Sequence record: PQ015379.1
DNA: 64,000 nucleotides
Reading direction: 5' to 3' (one strand)
Shown here: one piece after another, positions 26,627 to 35,436 of the stretch
Position numbering within the stretch: the stretch's first letter is position 1
Layout of the letters: each line of letters opens with the position of its first letter
The notes under the pieces: generated by a model
What the model was told of the DNA's origin: nothing
Database searches by the model: none
What the model saw: only the letters and a program-made list of their open reading frames with translations
Position numbers and translations under genes: made by a program

Positions 26627-26776
26627 ATGGCCTACGCAACCACCGCCAAACGCAAAACCGCCACCGTCGCCAAATCTTGGGATTGGGATTCGGCATTCCG
26701 CAAAGACGACGCGGCCCGCGAAAAAGAAGTTTCGGACGCGGCTCGCCGTTTCCGTAAAGCGGCGATCACCAAATGA
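26627..26776 (+). CDS. small early protein (49 aa)
   Basis: ATG 5 nt after leader motif. Confidence 0.7.
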   Translation: MAYATTAKRKTATVAKSWDWDSAFRKDDAAREKEVSDAARRFRKAAITK

Positions 26777-26988
26777 GGATCGCGACCATCATTAAAGCGC
26801 TAGGCTCGGATAAGCTGGCGCTGTACAAAGGAAGTGGCTACTTCTACTTCACGTACGACGACCCGGCGCGAAACATTTATGAAACCCATAGCGTCGATGC
26901 AGTTTGCCGTTTGACCGACCTGTCGCTTGACCAGTGGATCAGCGAAGGCAAAACCCTACTCACTAAAATCGCAGAACTGGAAGCTTGA
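26773..26988 (+). CDS. small phage protein
   Basis: ATGA overlap. Confidence 0.7.
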   Translation: MRIATIIKALGSDKLALYKGSGYFYFTYDDPARNIYETHSVDAVCRLTDLSLDQWISEGKTLLTKIAELEA

Positions 26989-26990
26989 TC

Positions 26991-27134
26991 ATGCCTTACG
27001 AAACTACCGCCATCGGCCACCTGTACGAAATCGCAACCTTGGCCGCAGTGCTGGCGGTTGTAGGCGCCTTCGCCTACGTTGAACACCGTCGCAAAAAGAA
27101 CGCGCCTAAACCACGCGGTGCTACGAAGATTTAA
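26991..27134 (+). CDS. small membrane peptide (47 aa)
   Basis: TM helix followed by basic tail. Confidence 0.55.
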   Translation: MPYETTAIGHLYEIATLAAVLAVVGAFAYVEHRRKKNAPKPRGATKI

Positions 27135-27150
27135 ACCGGCTCGTTTTTTC

Positions 27151-27172
27151 TGCGCATCTAGAACGGTGCGCA
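27151..27172. repeat. TGCGCA-N10-TGCGCA element, copy 2
   Basis: Identical to 21637-21658. Confidence 0.85.
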
Positions 27173-27217
27173 TATGAAACTAAACCGCAACACACGATCC
27201 TTATCAGGAGCCACAAA

Positions 27218-27643
27218 ATGACCGCTACCAAAACCCTCGTTAAATCCGTTCCAGCTTTCGACGTTGTAGACCTGAACCAAGAAATCATTGACCTGCCGTT
27301 CGGTTCGATGGGCGACGGTATCGGCAAACCCGGCCTGCGTTTCTGCGTAGCAAAGGAAACCATGCGCCACGGCACGCTGTACCCGGAAGTCGCACCGAAT
27401 TGCAGCGCGTACTACGCGATGGAATACAACGAAGACCCGGTGGCCGCTGAAGCGCGCTGCATCGAGCGCAAGCACGAACTGTACTGGGTGAACAATTGCG
27501 CTTCGTCGCTGGTTTCGCATGACCGCGCACGCTGGGAAATGGTGCTGCTGAAACCCGGCCAGAAAATCCACATGCACGGTCGCCTGATGGAGTTCTACCG
27601 CAAAGGCAACAGCGACCACTACGGCCTGCGCGAAATCGCCTAA
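27218..27643 (+). CDS. hypothetical protein
   Basis: RBS AGGAG. Confidence 0.8.
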   Translation: MTATKTLVKSVPAFDVVDLNQEIIDLPFGSMGDGIGKPGLRFCVAKETMRHGTLYPEVAPNCSAYYAMEYNEDPVAAEARCIERKHELYWVNNCASSLVSHDRARWEMVLLKPGQKIHMHGRLMEFYRKGNSDHYGLREIA

Positions 27644-27657
27644 CAGCTAATCGGTTC

Positions 27658-27679
27658 TGCACATTCCACGGAGTGTGCA
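27658..27679. repeat. TGCACA-N10-TGTGCA element, copy 3 (compensatory variant)
   Basis: TGCACATTCCACGGAGTGTGCA. Confidence 0.6.
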
Positions 27680-27716
27680 GGCACGATAAAACTGACCTGA
27701 CACAGGAACCTAAAAA

Positions 27717-28232
27717 ATGAAACCGTTCAAATTCGCAAAATCCGATCTGACCATGCTGCGCCAGAACTGCACAGGCGCCACCATTACCTGCGAAAGCGAC
27801 AGCGTGGCAATCGCGAAAGTCAAAGGCAATCCGTTTGTGCGGGTTGAGGTGGACACCACCAACGCTTTGCGTCTGACCGTCCGCGTTTTCCGCAACGATG
27901 CGTGGCACCGTTTCATGGAAGTCAAATCGACGTTCAAGGAAAACGACAAGCACGCCCAGCGCACCTACAGCGCCGGTATGTTCGGTGACGATTTCCCGAA
28001 GGCGTTTGCAGACCTGAACGAAACGCAGCGTGAGCACGTTTTGCAGTGGCAACGCACGCACTGGGTTGATTTGGAAATGGACGAAGTAACTCGGGTTCTG
28101 GAAAAGACCCTGTTTAGCAAAACGCCTGTCATGCCTACGCATGTGTACCGCTTCCCCAAGTGCTACAGCAAAGCGGTACTGAAGGCGTTCAAAGTGGACA
28201 CCAGCGCGGCCACCGCCGCAATGCAGGAATAA
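27717..28232 (+). CDS. hypothetical protein
   Basis: RBS AGGA. Confidence 0.75.
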   Translation: MKPFKFAKSDLTMLRQNCTGATITCESDSVAIAKVKGNPFVRVEVDTTNALRLTVRVFRNDAWHRFMEVKSTFKENDKHAQRTYSAGMFGDDFPKAFADLNETQREHVLQWQRTHWVDLEMDEVTRVLEKTLFSKTPVMPTHVYRFPKCYSKAVLKAFKVDTSAATAAMQE

Positions 28233-28234
28233 AC

Positions 28235-28582
28235 ATGGAAGCACAACACCGCAGCCATCCCCGCGCCGCCCGGATTCAGAAGCTGGTCGGCGTGATGGAT
28301 GAACACATGGTGCGGCTAACCCGGCTGCACTTTAGCTACCTCGAAAATTTCTACGACACGGAACAGGAAATCGCTACGGCGATTTTCCTGCTTTACGACG
28401 GGTCGGAAATCTTCGGGCATTTCAAGGCTCGGCACAAACACGGCACCGCCATTATCGATTTCGAAATCGAGCGGAATAATCAGGTGCTGAAAAAAGGAAC
28501 GGGCATCAAAGAGTGGTGCCAGTACATGAAAGAACGTGGCGTGTTGCGCCCGTGGGTCGATTGGAAAGGGGAAGGCGTATGA
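28235..28582 (+). CDS. hypothetical protein
   Basis: Start at MEAQHR. Confidence 0.7.
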   Translation: MEAQHRSHPRAARIQKLVGVMDEHMVRLTRLHFSYLENFYDTEQEIATAIFLLYDGSEIFGHFKARHKHGTAIIDFEIERNNQVLKKGTGIKEWCQYMKERGVLRPWVDWKGEGV

Positions 28583-28911
28583 CCGACAAAGTGATCTGCA
28601 TCAAAACCAAACGCGTCATGGAATCTTCGGACGTGCCGCAGAAATTCCCAGCGTTGGCGCAACGCGTGATCGAATCCGAAGCGGGTTGGGGAACGCGCCC
28701 TGACGGTTTTCTGGTGGCGCTCGATATCGACGCTTTCAACCGTCGTGCAAACGAAATCGTGAGCGCGGGCACTTACGCCGAATACAGCCGCGTCGATGGT
28801 GAACCGGTGCCGTGCTACGTCACCGCAGAAACGCACGCGAAACTGGTGGAAGGCAACGGCTCGGTGTGGCTGCACCTGAAACCAAACGATTACAGCTGGA
28901 AGGTGGAATAA
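28579..28911 (+). CDS. hypothetical protein
   Basis: ATGA overlap. Confidence 0.7.
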   Translation: MTDKVICIKTKRVMESSDVPQKFPALAQRVIESEAGWGTRPDGFLVALDIDAFNRRANEIVSAGTYAEYSRVDGEPVPCYVTAETHAKLVEGNGSVWLHLKPNDYSWKVE

Positions 28912-28912
28912 A

Positions 28913-29143
28913 ATGCCTACCCTTCGTGTTCGATATAAGCACAGTCTGGCCGCCCAGTATTTGACCGAGGGCGAAGTCTACAAAATCTTCTGGAATCCGA
29001 ACGCACGTCGAATCCCGTTCGATACCTATTTCACCAATATGGAGTCGGGCAGCGGCACGTACGTGCGCACCGCGCTGGTGGAAAAGGCGTTGAAGAATGG
29101 CGGCCTCGAAATCATACGCGGGGCCGAAGGCAACACCGTCTAA
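28913..29143 (+). CDS. hypothetical protein
   Basis: Tiles. Confidence 0.7.
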   Translation: MPTLRVRYKHSLAAQYLTEGEVYKIFWNPNARRIPFDTYFTNMESGSGTYVRTALVEKALKNGGLEIIRGAEGNTV

Positions 29144-29153
29144 TAATCACTGG

Positions 29154-29175
29154 TGCGCATTCTGGCGAGTGCGCA
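29154..29175. repeat. TGCGCA-N10-TGCGCA element, copy 4
   Basis: TGCGCATTCTGGCGAGTGCGCA. Confidence 0.7.
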
Positions 29176-29202
29176 TCAGGATGAACTAACGGAGATTTAA
29201 GA

Positions 29203-29394
29203 ATGGACAAACGTGTGCCCCATTTCAATAAGCCCAGCACATCCGAAGCAATTGGCGTGATTCTGCTGGGGCTGATCGCCTTGGCCTTCGTGGGCTTCTG
29301 TGTTGTGATTTTCGGCACCTTCCTGTGGATCATTTGGGAACCACTGCCTGTAATCGCGGGCGTGTTGGTTGTGATCTGGTACGTGAGGAAATAA
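29203..29394 (+). CDS. small two-TM membrane protein
   Basis: Long hydrophobic stretch; RBS GGAG. Confidence 0.7.
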   Translation: MDKRVPHFNKPSTSEAIGVILLGLIALAFVGFCVVIFGTFLWIIWEPLPVIAGVLVVIWYVRK

Positions 29395-29396
29395 GG

Positions 29397-29600
29397 ATGG
29401 CTGTAGGTTGGGCACGCGAAGGCGACACGGAAAAAGAAACCGAGAACGCCATAGCACTGGAAATTTACCGGGCGCGTAAATCGCTCGAAGGACCACCACG
29501 CACCGACTGCATCGACTGTGACGAACCGATAGGGGCTGCCCGGCTGAAGGCGCATCCCACGGCGCAGCGCTGCATAGGTTGCCAAGCTGCGAGGGAATAA
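29397..29600 (+). CDS. TraR/DksA C4-type zinc-finger protein (YbiI-like)
   Basis: MAVGWA...CIDCDEPI..ARL.A.P...RCIGCQ. Confidence 0.9.
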   Translation: MAVGWAREGDTEKETENAIALEIYRARKSLEGPPRTDCIDCDEPIGAARLKAHPTAQRCIGCQAARE

Positions 29601-29602
29601 AA

Positions 29603-29893
29603 ATGTTCGACGGGTTGAATACTCACGGATGTGCATCGAACGGCAATTTGCCGTTCACTGACGTTACCTTGCGTACCGGGGACGAACACAGCTTCGTTAA
29701 ATATACGATTAATTTTGCGCCTGAAAACGGCGGTGTGTTCGCCCTCGCTGACAGCTACATCAGCATCCCCAAGGAACACGAATACAGCTTCCCTTGGCAC
29801 AACGAATCGCAAGACCATTCCATCGAGTGGAACGTGGAACCGCCTGCGCCTATTTCAAATCATATATTCATCATCCCGCGTGCGAGGGACTGA
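29603..29893 (+). CDS. hypothetical protein
   Basis: Starts MFDG. Confidence 0.65.
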   Translation: MFDGLNTHGCASNGNLPFTDVTLRTGDEHSFVKYTINFAPENGGVFALADSYISIPKEHEYSFPWHNESQDHSIEWNVEPPAPISNHIFIIPRARD

Positions 29894-29896
29894 AAA

Positions 29897-30115
29897 ATGT
29901 TCGACGGAATAAAAGTTGTCGAAATCACGGGCAGCACGTTCGCCAGTTTAGAAATGGTAGACGGTGATTATACGCTGTCCTACGATATCAATTTCCAAGA
30001 CGACCCGGAGGCCCGCGACTTCCCCGAAGAAAACGTGTGGGCACGCGCCGTCTGCTACAACCACCGCCACAATCTGTATTTTCCAGAAGACGGCGAAACC
30101 GAACATTCCTACTGA
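29897..30115 (+). CDS. small acidic protein
   Basis: Starts MFDG; possible paralog of upstream gene. Confidence 0.65.
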   Translation: MFDGIKVVEITGSTFASLEMVDGDYTLSYDINFQDDPEARDFPEENVWARAVCYNHRHNLYFPEDGETEHSY

Positions 30116-30126
30116 GGACACGCCCC

Positions 30127-30740
<614 letters not shown>

Positions 30741-30742
30741 CA

Positions 30743-30931
30743 ATGCCATACGCGACCGATCCCAAATGGGTAGCGTCACAAACCTATCTTGGCTGCATTC
30801 AATGGGCCATTTACTCACACCGTCATTACATGCACACACGGCGCCATGGCTTCGTCATGGCTGCCGACGAATACAAAACCGACCGCGAAACGTTTTTGAG
30901 GCGTGCGCGGATTTTGAGGCCCAAGCAATGA
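30743..30931 (+). CDS. hypothetical protein
   Basis: Tiles. Confidence 0.6.
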   Translation: MPYATDPKWVASQTYLGCIQWAIYSHRHYMHTRRHGFVMAADEYKTDRETFLRRARILRPKQ

Positions 30932-30989
30932 TCGACATTGCCGAAAATCCAGAATATGTAAATGACCTTGTGGACGACCAGCGGGGCTG

Positions 30990-31271
30990 GTGGCTGGCAC
31001 CGAATGCATTTTCAAAACGTACTCGCCGGGTTCCAATCTCGTTTATCTGGTCACGGTCGATAGCGACCAAGACGCGTACGAAGCTGAAGTGCGCCGCCTG
31101 TGCAAGAAACTGGAAGATGAAGGCGTTGAAGATTTCGTGGTTAAGGCTGTACCCGATTTGATCTACTCGGACTTCATTAAAGTTTTTCGTTCAACCCAAC
31201 ATGGCATCGGCGGGATGGAACACCACCACATGATCGCCATTCTGAAAAGCGGCCAGTACGTTCTGGCGTAA
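30990..31271 (+). CDS. hypothetical protein (5' end uncertain)
   Basis: Protein-like 3' part; may be joined to 30928 frame. Confidence 0.55.
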   Translation: MAGTECIFKTYSPGSNLVYLVTVDSDQDAYEAEVRRLCKKLEDEGVEDFVVKAVPDLIYSDFIKVFRSTQHGIGGMEHHHMIAILKSGQYVLA

Positions 31272-31280
31272 GGAGGACAC

Positions 31281-31958
31281 ATGAATATTCCTGTTTGGGC
31301 ACTGGCCATTCTTTTGGCGTGTGCCCTTTTCGTTTTGTGGCGTTGGGCGCTCCCGCGTGTACTTCGCTTCGTGCTGGCCTTAATGGGTTTCTTCTGGCAC
31401 CTGAGCGCCGCCAAGCTTTACAAAATGCCAACCGGCCCAATTTGGGCACTGGCCCCGCACTACGTGTTGCGCGCCTACCAGAACCGCAACGACTACACGA
31501 CCAGCGTTCGCCATCCAGATATCGCATTTAATTACAGGTACGGCGTACTCAACTGCATGACGCAGGATGAAAAGTGGCTGGACGAATTAGCCACCGCGCT
31601 TTGGAACGGTCGCCATTACATGAACGTGACGGTGATCAAAAATGAACCCGACCTGAAAGTAAACGAGACGATGGAATGCGTGGTCGGCGTGTTGCCAGCC
31701 AACGAAGATTCGGAATCGGTGCGCGCCTTGATTCTGCATCCCATGTCTAACACCGTCGAATCGGTTATCGGCTTCGATTTAAAACGACTGCTGAAAACCG
31801 TTGCGCATTATATGCCCGACGTGGAGGCCGTAGTTATTCACGGGCCACGTTCCATGATCGACCGTAAATGGAACACCATCGAATATCTGGCGGCGCTGGA
31901 TGGCCGCTGGCACGATATCGACCACCTCGCTTTTAAAATTCCACGGGACCACAAATGA
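31281..31958 (+). CDS. membrane-anchored hypothetical protein
   Basis: RBS AGGAGG; N-terminal TM. Confidence 0.8.
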   Translation: MNIPVWALAILLACALFVLWRWALPRVLRFVLALMGFFWHLSAAKLYKMPTGPIWALAPHYVLRAYQNRNDYTTSVRHPDIAFNYRYGVLNCMTQDEKWLDELATALWNGRHYMNVTVIKNEPDLKVNETMECVVGVLPANEDSESVRALILHPMSNTVESVIGFDLKRLLKTVAHYMPDVEAVVIHGPRSMIDRKWNTIEYLAALDGRWHDIDHLAFKIPRDHK

Positions 31959-32329
31959 AAGAAGCTAAGCAGTACCACATTTATTTGACTGGCGCGATTC
32001 ACATCGGTTCTGTGACGCCGCAACTCATGACCACCTGCATTTCGCAATTCGAGCGTGATGGTTATCCGTGGATGGCAAGTTTGCTGCGTGATTTGATCAT
32101 CGATGCAAAATTGCGCGCCGATCCGGAATACCCGCAAGACCGCCGCGTGGTCGTCAACGAAGTGCAGGCCATGCTTTGGGGCAAAGCGATTGGCGCCACC
32201 AAAGCAACGCGCCGTGCATTCGATTGCACAGGCTTCAAGCAACGCCACGGCCTATTCCTGAGCTACGGCGTCCACCCCATGCCCAACGACGACGCTGTAC
32301 GCTGCCCGTGCTGTAAACGGCCTTACTGA
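31955..32329 (+). CDS. hypothetical protein
   Basis: ATGA overlap; C-terminal CPCC. Confidence 0.7.
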   Translation: MKEAKQYHIYLTGAIHIGSVTPQLMTTCISQFERDGYPWMASLLRDLIIDAKLRADPEYPQDRRVVVNEVQAMLWGKAIGATKATRRAFDCTGFKQRHGLFLSYGVHPMPNDDAVRCPCCKRPY

Positions 32330-32343
32330 GGCTCACAGGCCCA

Positions 32344-32446
32344 TTGACCGTTCGTCGGCCTTTGGGTACTATGAAACCCGGTCGCGCAATCGTGCCCGAC
32401 CATAATGCACTCACGCATTAAGGGAAGTTTAGGACTTCCCTTTTCT
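32344..32446 (+). promoter_or_regulatory. sigma70-type promoter + hairpin + leader motif (copy 6) embedded in a terminator-like hairpin
   Basis: TTGACC-17-TACTAT; motif 32408-32429; AAGGGAAGT-TTAGG-ACTTCCCTT-TTCT. Confidence 0.8.
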
Positions 32447-32470
32447 ATTGGACCCAACGAGGAAATAACC

Positions 32471-32938
32471 ATGAGCCACAAAATCGCGCTGCTGACCGTT
32501 CTGAATTTCAATCGCGCAACCAGCGCCGATGCATCCGAAATGGAAGACGCATTTCGCGCCGGGCTGATCACCGAAACCGAACTGCTGAAAAAGTTGATCG
32601 ACCTCGCCAGTCGCAACAACGCACTTCCGGTCGAGACGCTGGCGGAAATCGCGACCGCTGCATTTCCTTACGGTGTGGCTACCGGCAGTTATGACGACGA
32701 CGGCGAGAACTGCAAATACTGCGACGACTTCGCCAGCCTGCGCGATGCGATTATCGCGTGGGAAGAATATTCGCCGGGTTCTGCGTGGTCCCGCCTCGAA
32801 TTCAAGGTGGACGGTTTCATGTACGCCCTCGACCCTTATAAAATCCGTAAGGCGAAGCGCGTCAAAATGGACAGCGGCGAAATGAGCACGCTGTATTACC
32901 CGTGCGATGCACGCGGCCAGTTCACGGAGCACAACTAA
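32471..32938 (+). CDS. acidic early protein
   Basis: Own RBS GAGGA downstream of the hairpin. Confidence 0.8.
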   Translation: MSHKIALLTVLNFNRATSADASEMEDAFRAGLITETELLKKLIDLASRNNALPVETLAEIATAAFPYGVATGSYDDDGENCKYCDDFASLRDAIIAWEEYSPGSAWSRLEFKVDGFMYALDPYKIRKAKRVKMDSGEMSTLYYPCDARGQFTEHN

Positions 32939-33228
32939 TGAGCACGCTGGACGATATTTTCCGCGAAGAGGAAGAGCGGCTGCTGGAAAAGGGCCGCGCT
33001 GAAATCGCACGGGAAACTGCCGACTGGGAAGCGCTACCTGAAGAGGAAAAGCAGCGCATCAACCGCGAGCGTGAAGAGCGTTTCGCCAACGTGCCGGATT
33101 CTGACAAAGAGGAACCGGACGAAGAAGACGAAGAGGAAGACGACGGCGAGTATTGCAAACACAATCTCGACTACGGCGACTGCCATTCGTGCAGCTGGGA
33201 AGCGCATCAGGAAAACATGGCGGATTAA
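32938..33228 (+). CDS. highly acidic small protein with C-terminal CxH..CxxC
   Basis: EEPDEEDEEEDDGEYCKHNLDYGDCHSC. Confidence 0.75.
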   Translation: MSTLDDIFREEEERLLEKGRAEIARETADWEALPEEEKQRINREREERFANVPDSDKEEPDEEDEEEDDGEYCKHNLDYGDCHSCSWEAHQENMAD

Positions 33229-33292
33229 TTCTCAAGGGCATCCAGTGCGGTGCCCTTCGGAATGAACCGAAAGCCCCTACGAGGAACCAGCA

Positions 33293-34306
33293 ATGAAATT
33301 CGTAAACTCTCGCCCACACAATCTGTCGCTGATCACGGGCGACGTGTCCAAGAAACTGAAAACCACCAAGGCCATGAAAGGCTACTGCTTCGACATGAGC
33401 CTGTCGTACATCAACTTCGTGGCCGGTAGCGATATTTTCGCCTACGTCGAAATCGAAGTGGGCAAATCCTTTAACGGTTTCCGTCTGTACCACACGATTA
33501 ATGACAGTCGCGATTTCCTGCTGATGGAATACAACGTCGGCCCCGAATCGCACATCACCAAGCTGGCCGAATATGCGCACCGTCAAGGCGGGGTCAAAGT
33601 TCCGGAAACCATGGACGAATGGCTGGTGGAAACCATTGCCAAACGTCTGGCGAAAATCAAGCTGATCGGTAATTACCTGATCAAGCTGCAACAGGGCGGC
33701 AAAAACGCTCGCCAGTTGCTCTACAAAGTGCAAAGCGAAATGGGGCTGCCTATTTCCCATTTCGTGTTCGACGCGTACACCGATGGCGAAACCATGCTGG
33801 GGTCGAAATTCGATCTGGTGGAACAGCACGGTGACGATGTGCTGGTGGCGTACAACCGCATGTTCTACGACCTGCGAGAACAGGGCAGCGGCTATGAAAC
33901 AATCGGCCTCGGTTTTTATCCGGTCGATGAACACGAAGCCGTTACGGAAGACTGGGACCGCCGCGCTGAAGAGGAAGAGGAAAAATTCGACGACGACCAC
34001 GAAGAAGAGGAAGAGGATTTCGAACAGCGCCTCGACATTGACGAAGATGAAGACCAGCTGGTCGATAACCTGAGTTGCTTGTCCACGACCGGCCTGTCGA
34101 TCCTGTTCAATGCCGTTATCGACACGGGCGCCGTCGTTCTGGAAGATTCCGAAGCGCGTCTGTATTCCGGCCTCAAACGCCGCAATATCATCATCGACGA
34201 ACTGGCGGAATTGCTGGACCGCAAAGAATTGTTCAAAGTCGCGCTGGAAGCTGCGTTGCCTGAAGGCGATGCGCAGTTGATCCGCGCCATGATCCCCGAG
34301 GTGTGA
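33293..34306 (+). CDS. hypothetical protein with long acidic tract (337 aa)
   Basis: EEEEEKFDDDHEEEEEDFEQRLDIDEDED. Confidence 0.85.
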   Translation: MKFVNSRPHNLSLITGDVSKKLKTTKAMKGYCFDMSLSYINFVAGSDIFAYVEIEVGKSFNGFRLYHTINDSRDFLLMEYNVGPESHITKLAEYAHRQGGVKVPETMDEWLVETIAKRLAKIKLIGNYLIKLQQGGKNARQLLYKVQSEMGLPISHFVFDAYTDGETMLGSKFDLVEQHGDDVLVAYNRMFYDLREQGSGYETIGLGFYPVDEHEAVTEDWDRRAEEEEEKFDDDHEEEEEDFEQRLDIDEDEDQLVDNLSCLSTTGLSILFNAVIDTGAVVLEDSEARLYSGLKRRNIIIDELAELLDRKELFKVALEAALPEGDAQLIRAMIPEV

Positions 34307-34309
34307 AAA

Positions 34310-34891
34310 ATGACTGACAATAAATTTTACGTGGTGAAATCGTCGCGCAGTTTCAGCGGTGAAGGCTACAGCGGCCCGGCCCTGTCGCGTACCACGTTTT
34401 CCGAAATGAAAAGTGCAACGTTCGACGACATGGAAACTGCCGTTCGTTGCGCGAATCAACTGAACGAAGAAAACCCGGTCGGCTTCGACATTTACCACCA
34501 AGGCCGTTTGGTGTGGCCTGCAAAGCGTGCGCAGCAACAGGCGGCGCGTGATGCCGTCGATAGGGTACGCCCACTGGATGCCCATGCAATGCGTCTCGCA
34601 GGTTACGTGCAAGCCACGGCGAAGGCCCGCGAAGATTCCTTCGACAAGGCCGCATCTGACGCCGCACAAAACGCCTGTGACGAAAAGCGCGAGCGTGAGG
34701 AACGCGAAGGCAATCAGCACGCGTACCTGAACGTCGTGGACCACGCGCAGTTCTACAAGCTGACGCTGCGCGAAGCTGCTGAAGCCACGGTGCCATCGGA
34801 ATTTGTGGAGCCGGTTTATCTGCTGCTGCAATTGGGCTGGAATGATGCCCACGATTGGGCGGCACGCATCCTCAACGGCCAGCGTAGCTAA
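34310..34891 (+). CDS. hypothetical protein
   Basis: Tiles. Confidence 0.75.
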   Translation: MTDNKFYVVKSSRSFSGEGYSGPALSRTTFSEMKSATFDDMETAVRCANQLNEENPVGFDIYHQGRLVWPAKRAQQQAARDAVDRVRPLDAHAMRLAGYVQATAKAREDSFDKAASDAAQNACDEKREREEREGNQHAYLNVVDHAQFYKLTLREAAEATVPSEFVEPVYLLLQLGWNDAHDWAARILNGQRS

Positions 34892-34901
34892 GGGGAACGA
34901 A

Positions 34902-35024
34902 ATGCTGAAGTGTGATTATTGCGGTTTCTCTGTTGCGCCTAGCAGCCTGTGGAAAGCTGGGGATGAATGCAACAAATGCAAACGTGGCGTGATGTGCGCC
35001 AAAGGATCGCGGGGCAACCCGTAA
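34902..35024 (+). CDS. tiny Zn-ribbon protein (40 aa)
   Basis: CDYC...CNKC; RBS AAGGGG. Confidence 0.5.
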   Translation: MLKCDYCGFSVAPSSLWKAGDECNKCKRGVMCAKGSRGNP

Positions 35025-35091
35025 GGAGCTAGCGTGAACCGATGGTTCGTGTTTGTGCAGTGGCGATCACCTAAGCCACTGAGACTTCAAA

Positions 35092-35412
35092 ATGTCGCGC
35101 ACTATCCGACGCCAAGACCTGTGCCCATACAACACCGGAGACGTTTACCGCGTAGACGATTCCCGCTGGCGTGATGTGTGGCCCGGTTTGGATTATCAGC
35201 AGTATCAGAAATTGGCGCTGGCACATTTCCGCCGTGACAACGCCGACATTTTTGGCACTGAGTATTCGATTCCTCGGCTGTACGGCCACCTTTGCCAAGA
35301 ACGCCCACAACGGCGCCAGATTCGCGCACAGCTTTACCGTGCGTGGCGCTATGATGAATGGGACGGCCTGAGCATCAAACGTTGGCCAAAGGATTGGACG
35401 ATTTACTACTGA
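35092..35412 (+). CDS. hypothetical protein
   Basis: Arg/Tyr/Trp-rich. Confidence 0.65.
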   Translation: MSRTIRRQDLCPYNTGDVYRVDDSRWRDVWPGLDYQQYQKLALAHFRRDNADIFGTEYSIPRLYGHLCQERPQRRQIRAQLYRAWRYDEWDGLSIKRWPKDWTIYY

Positions 35413-35436
35413 CGATCCAGTGAAGGGCATTCAGCA

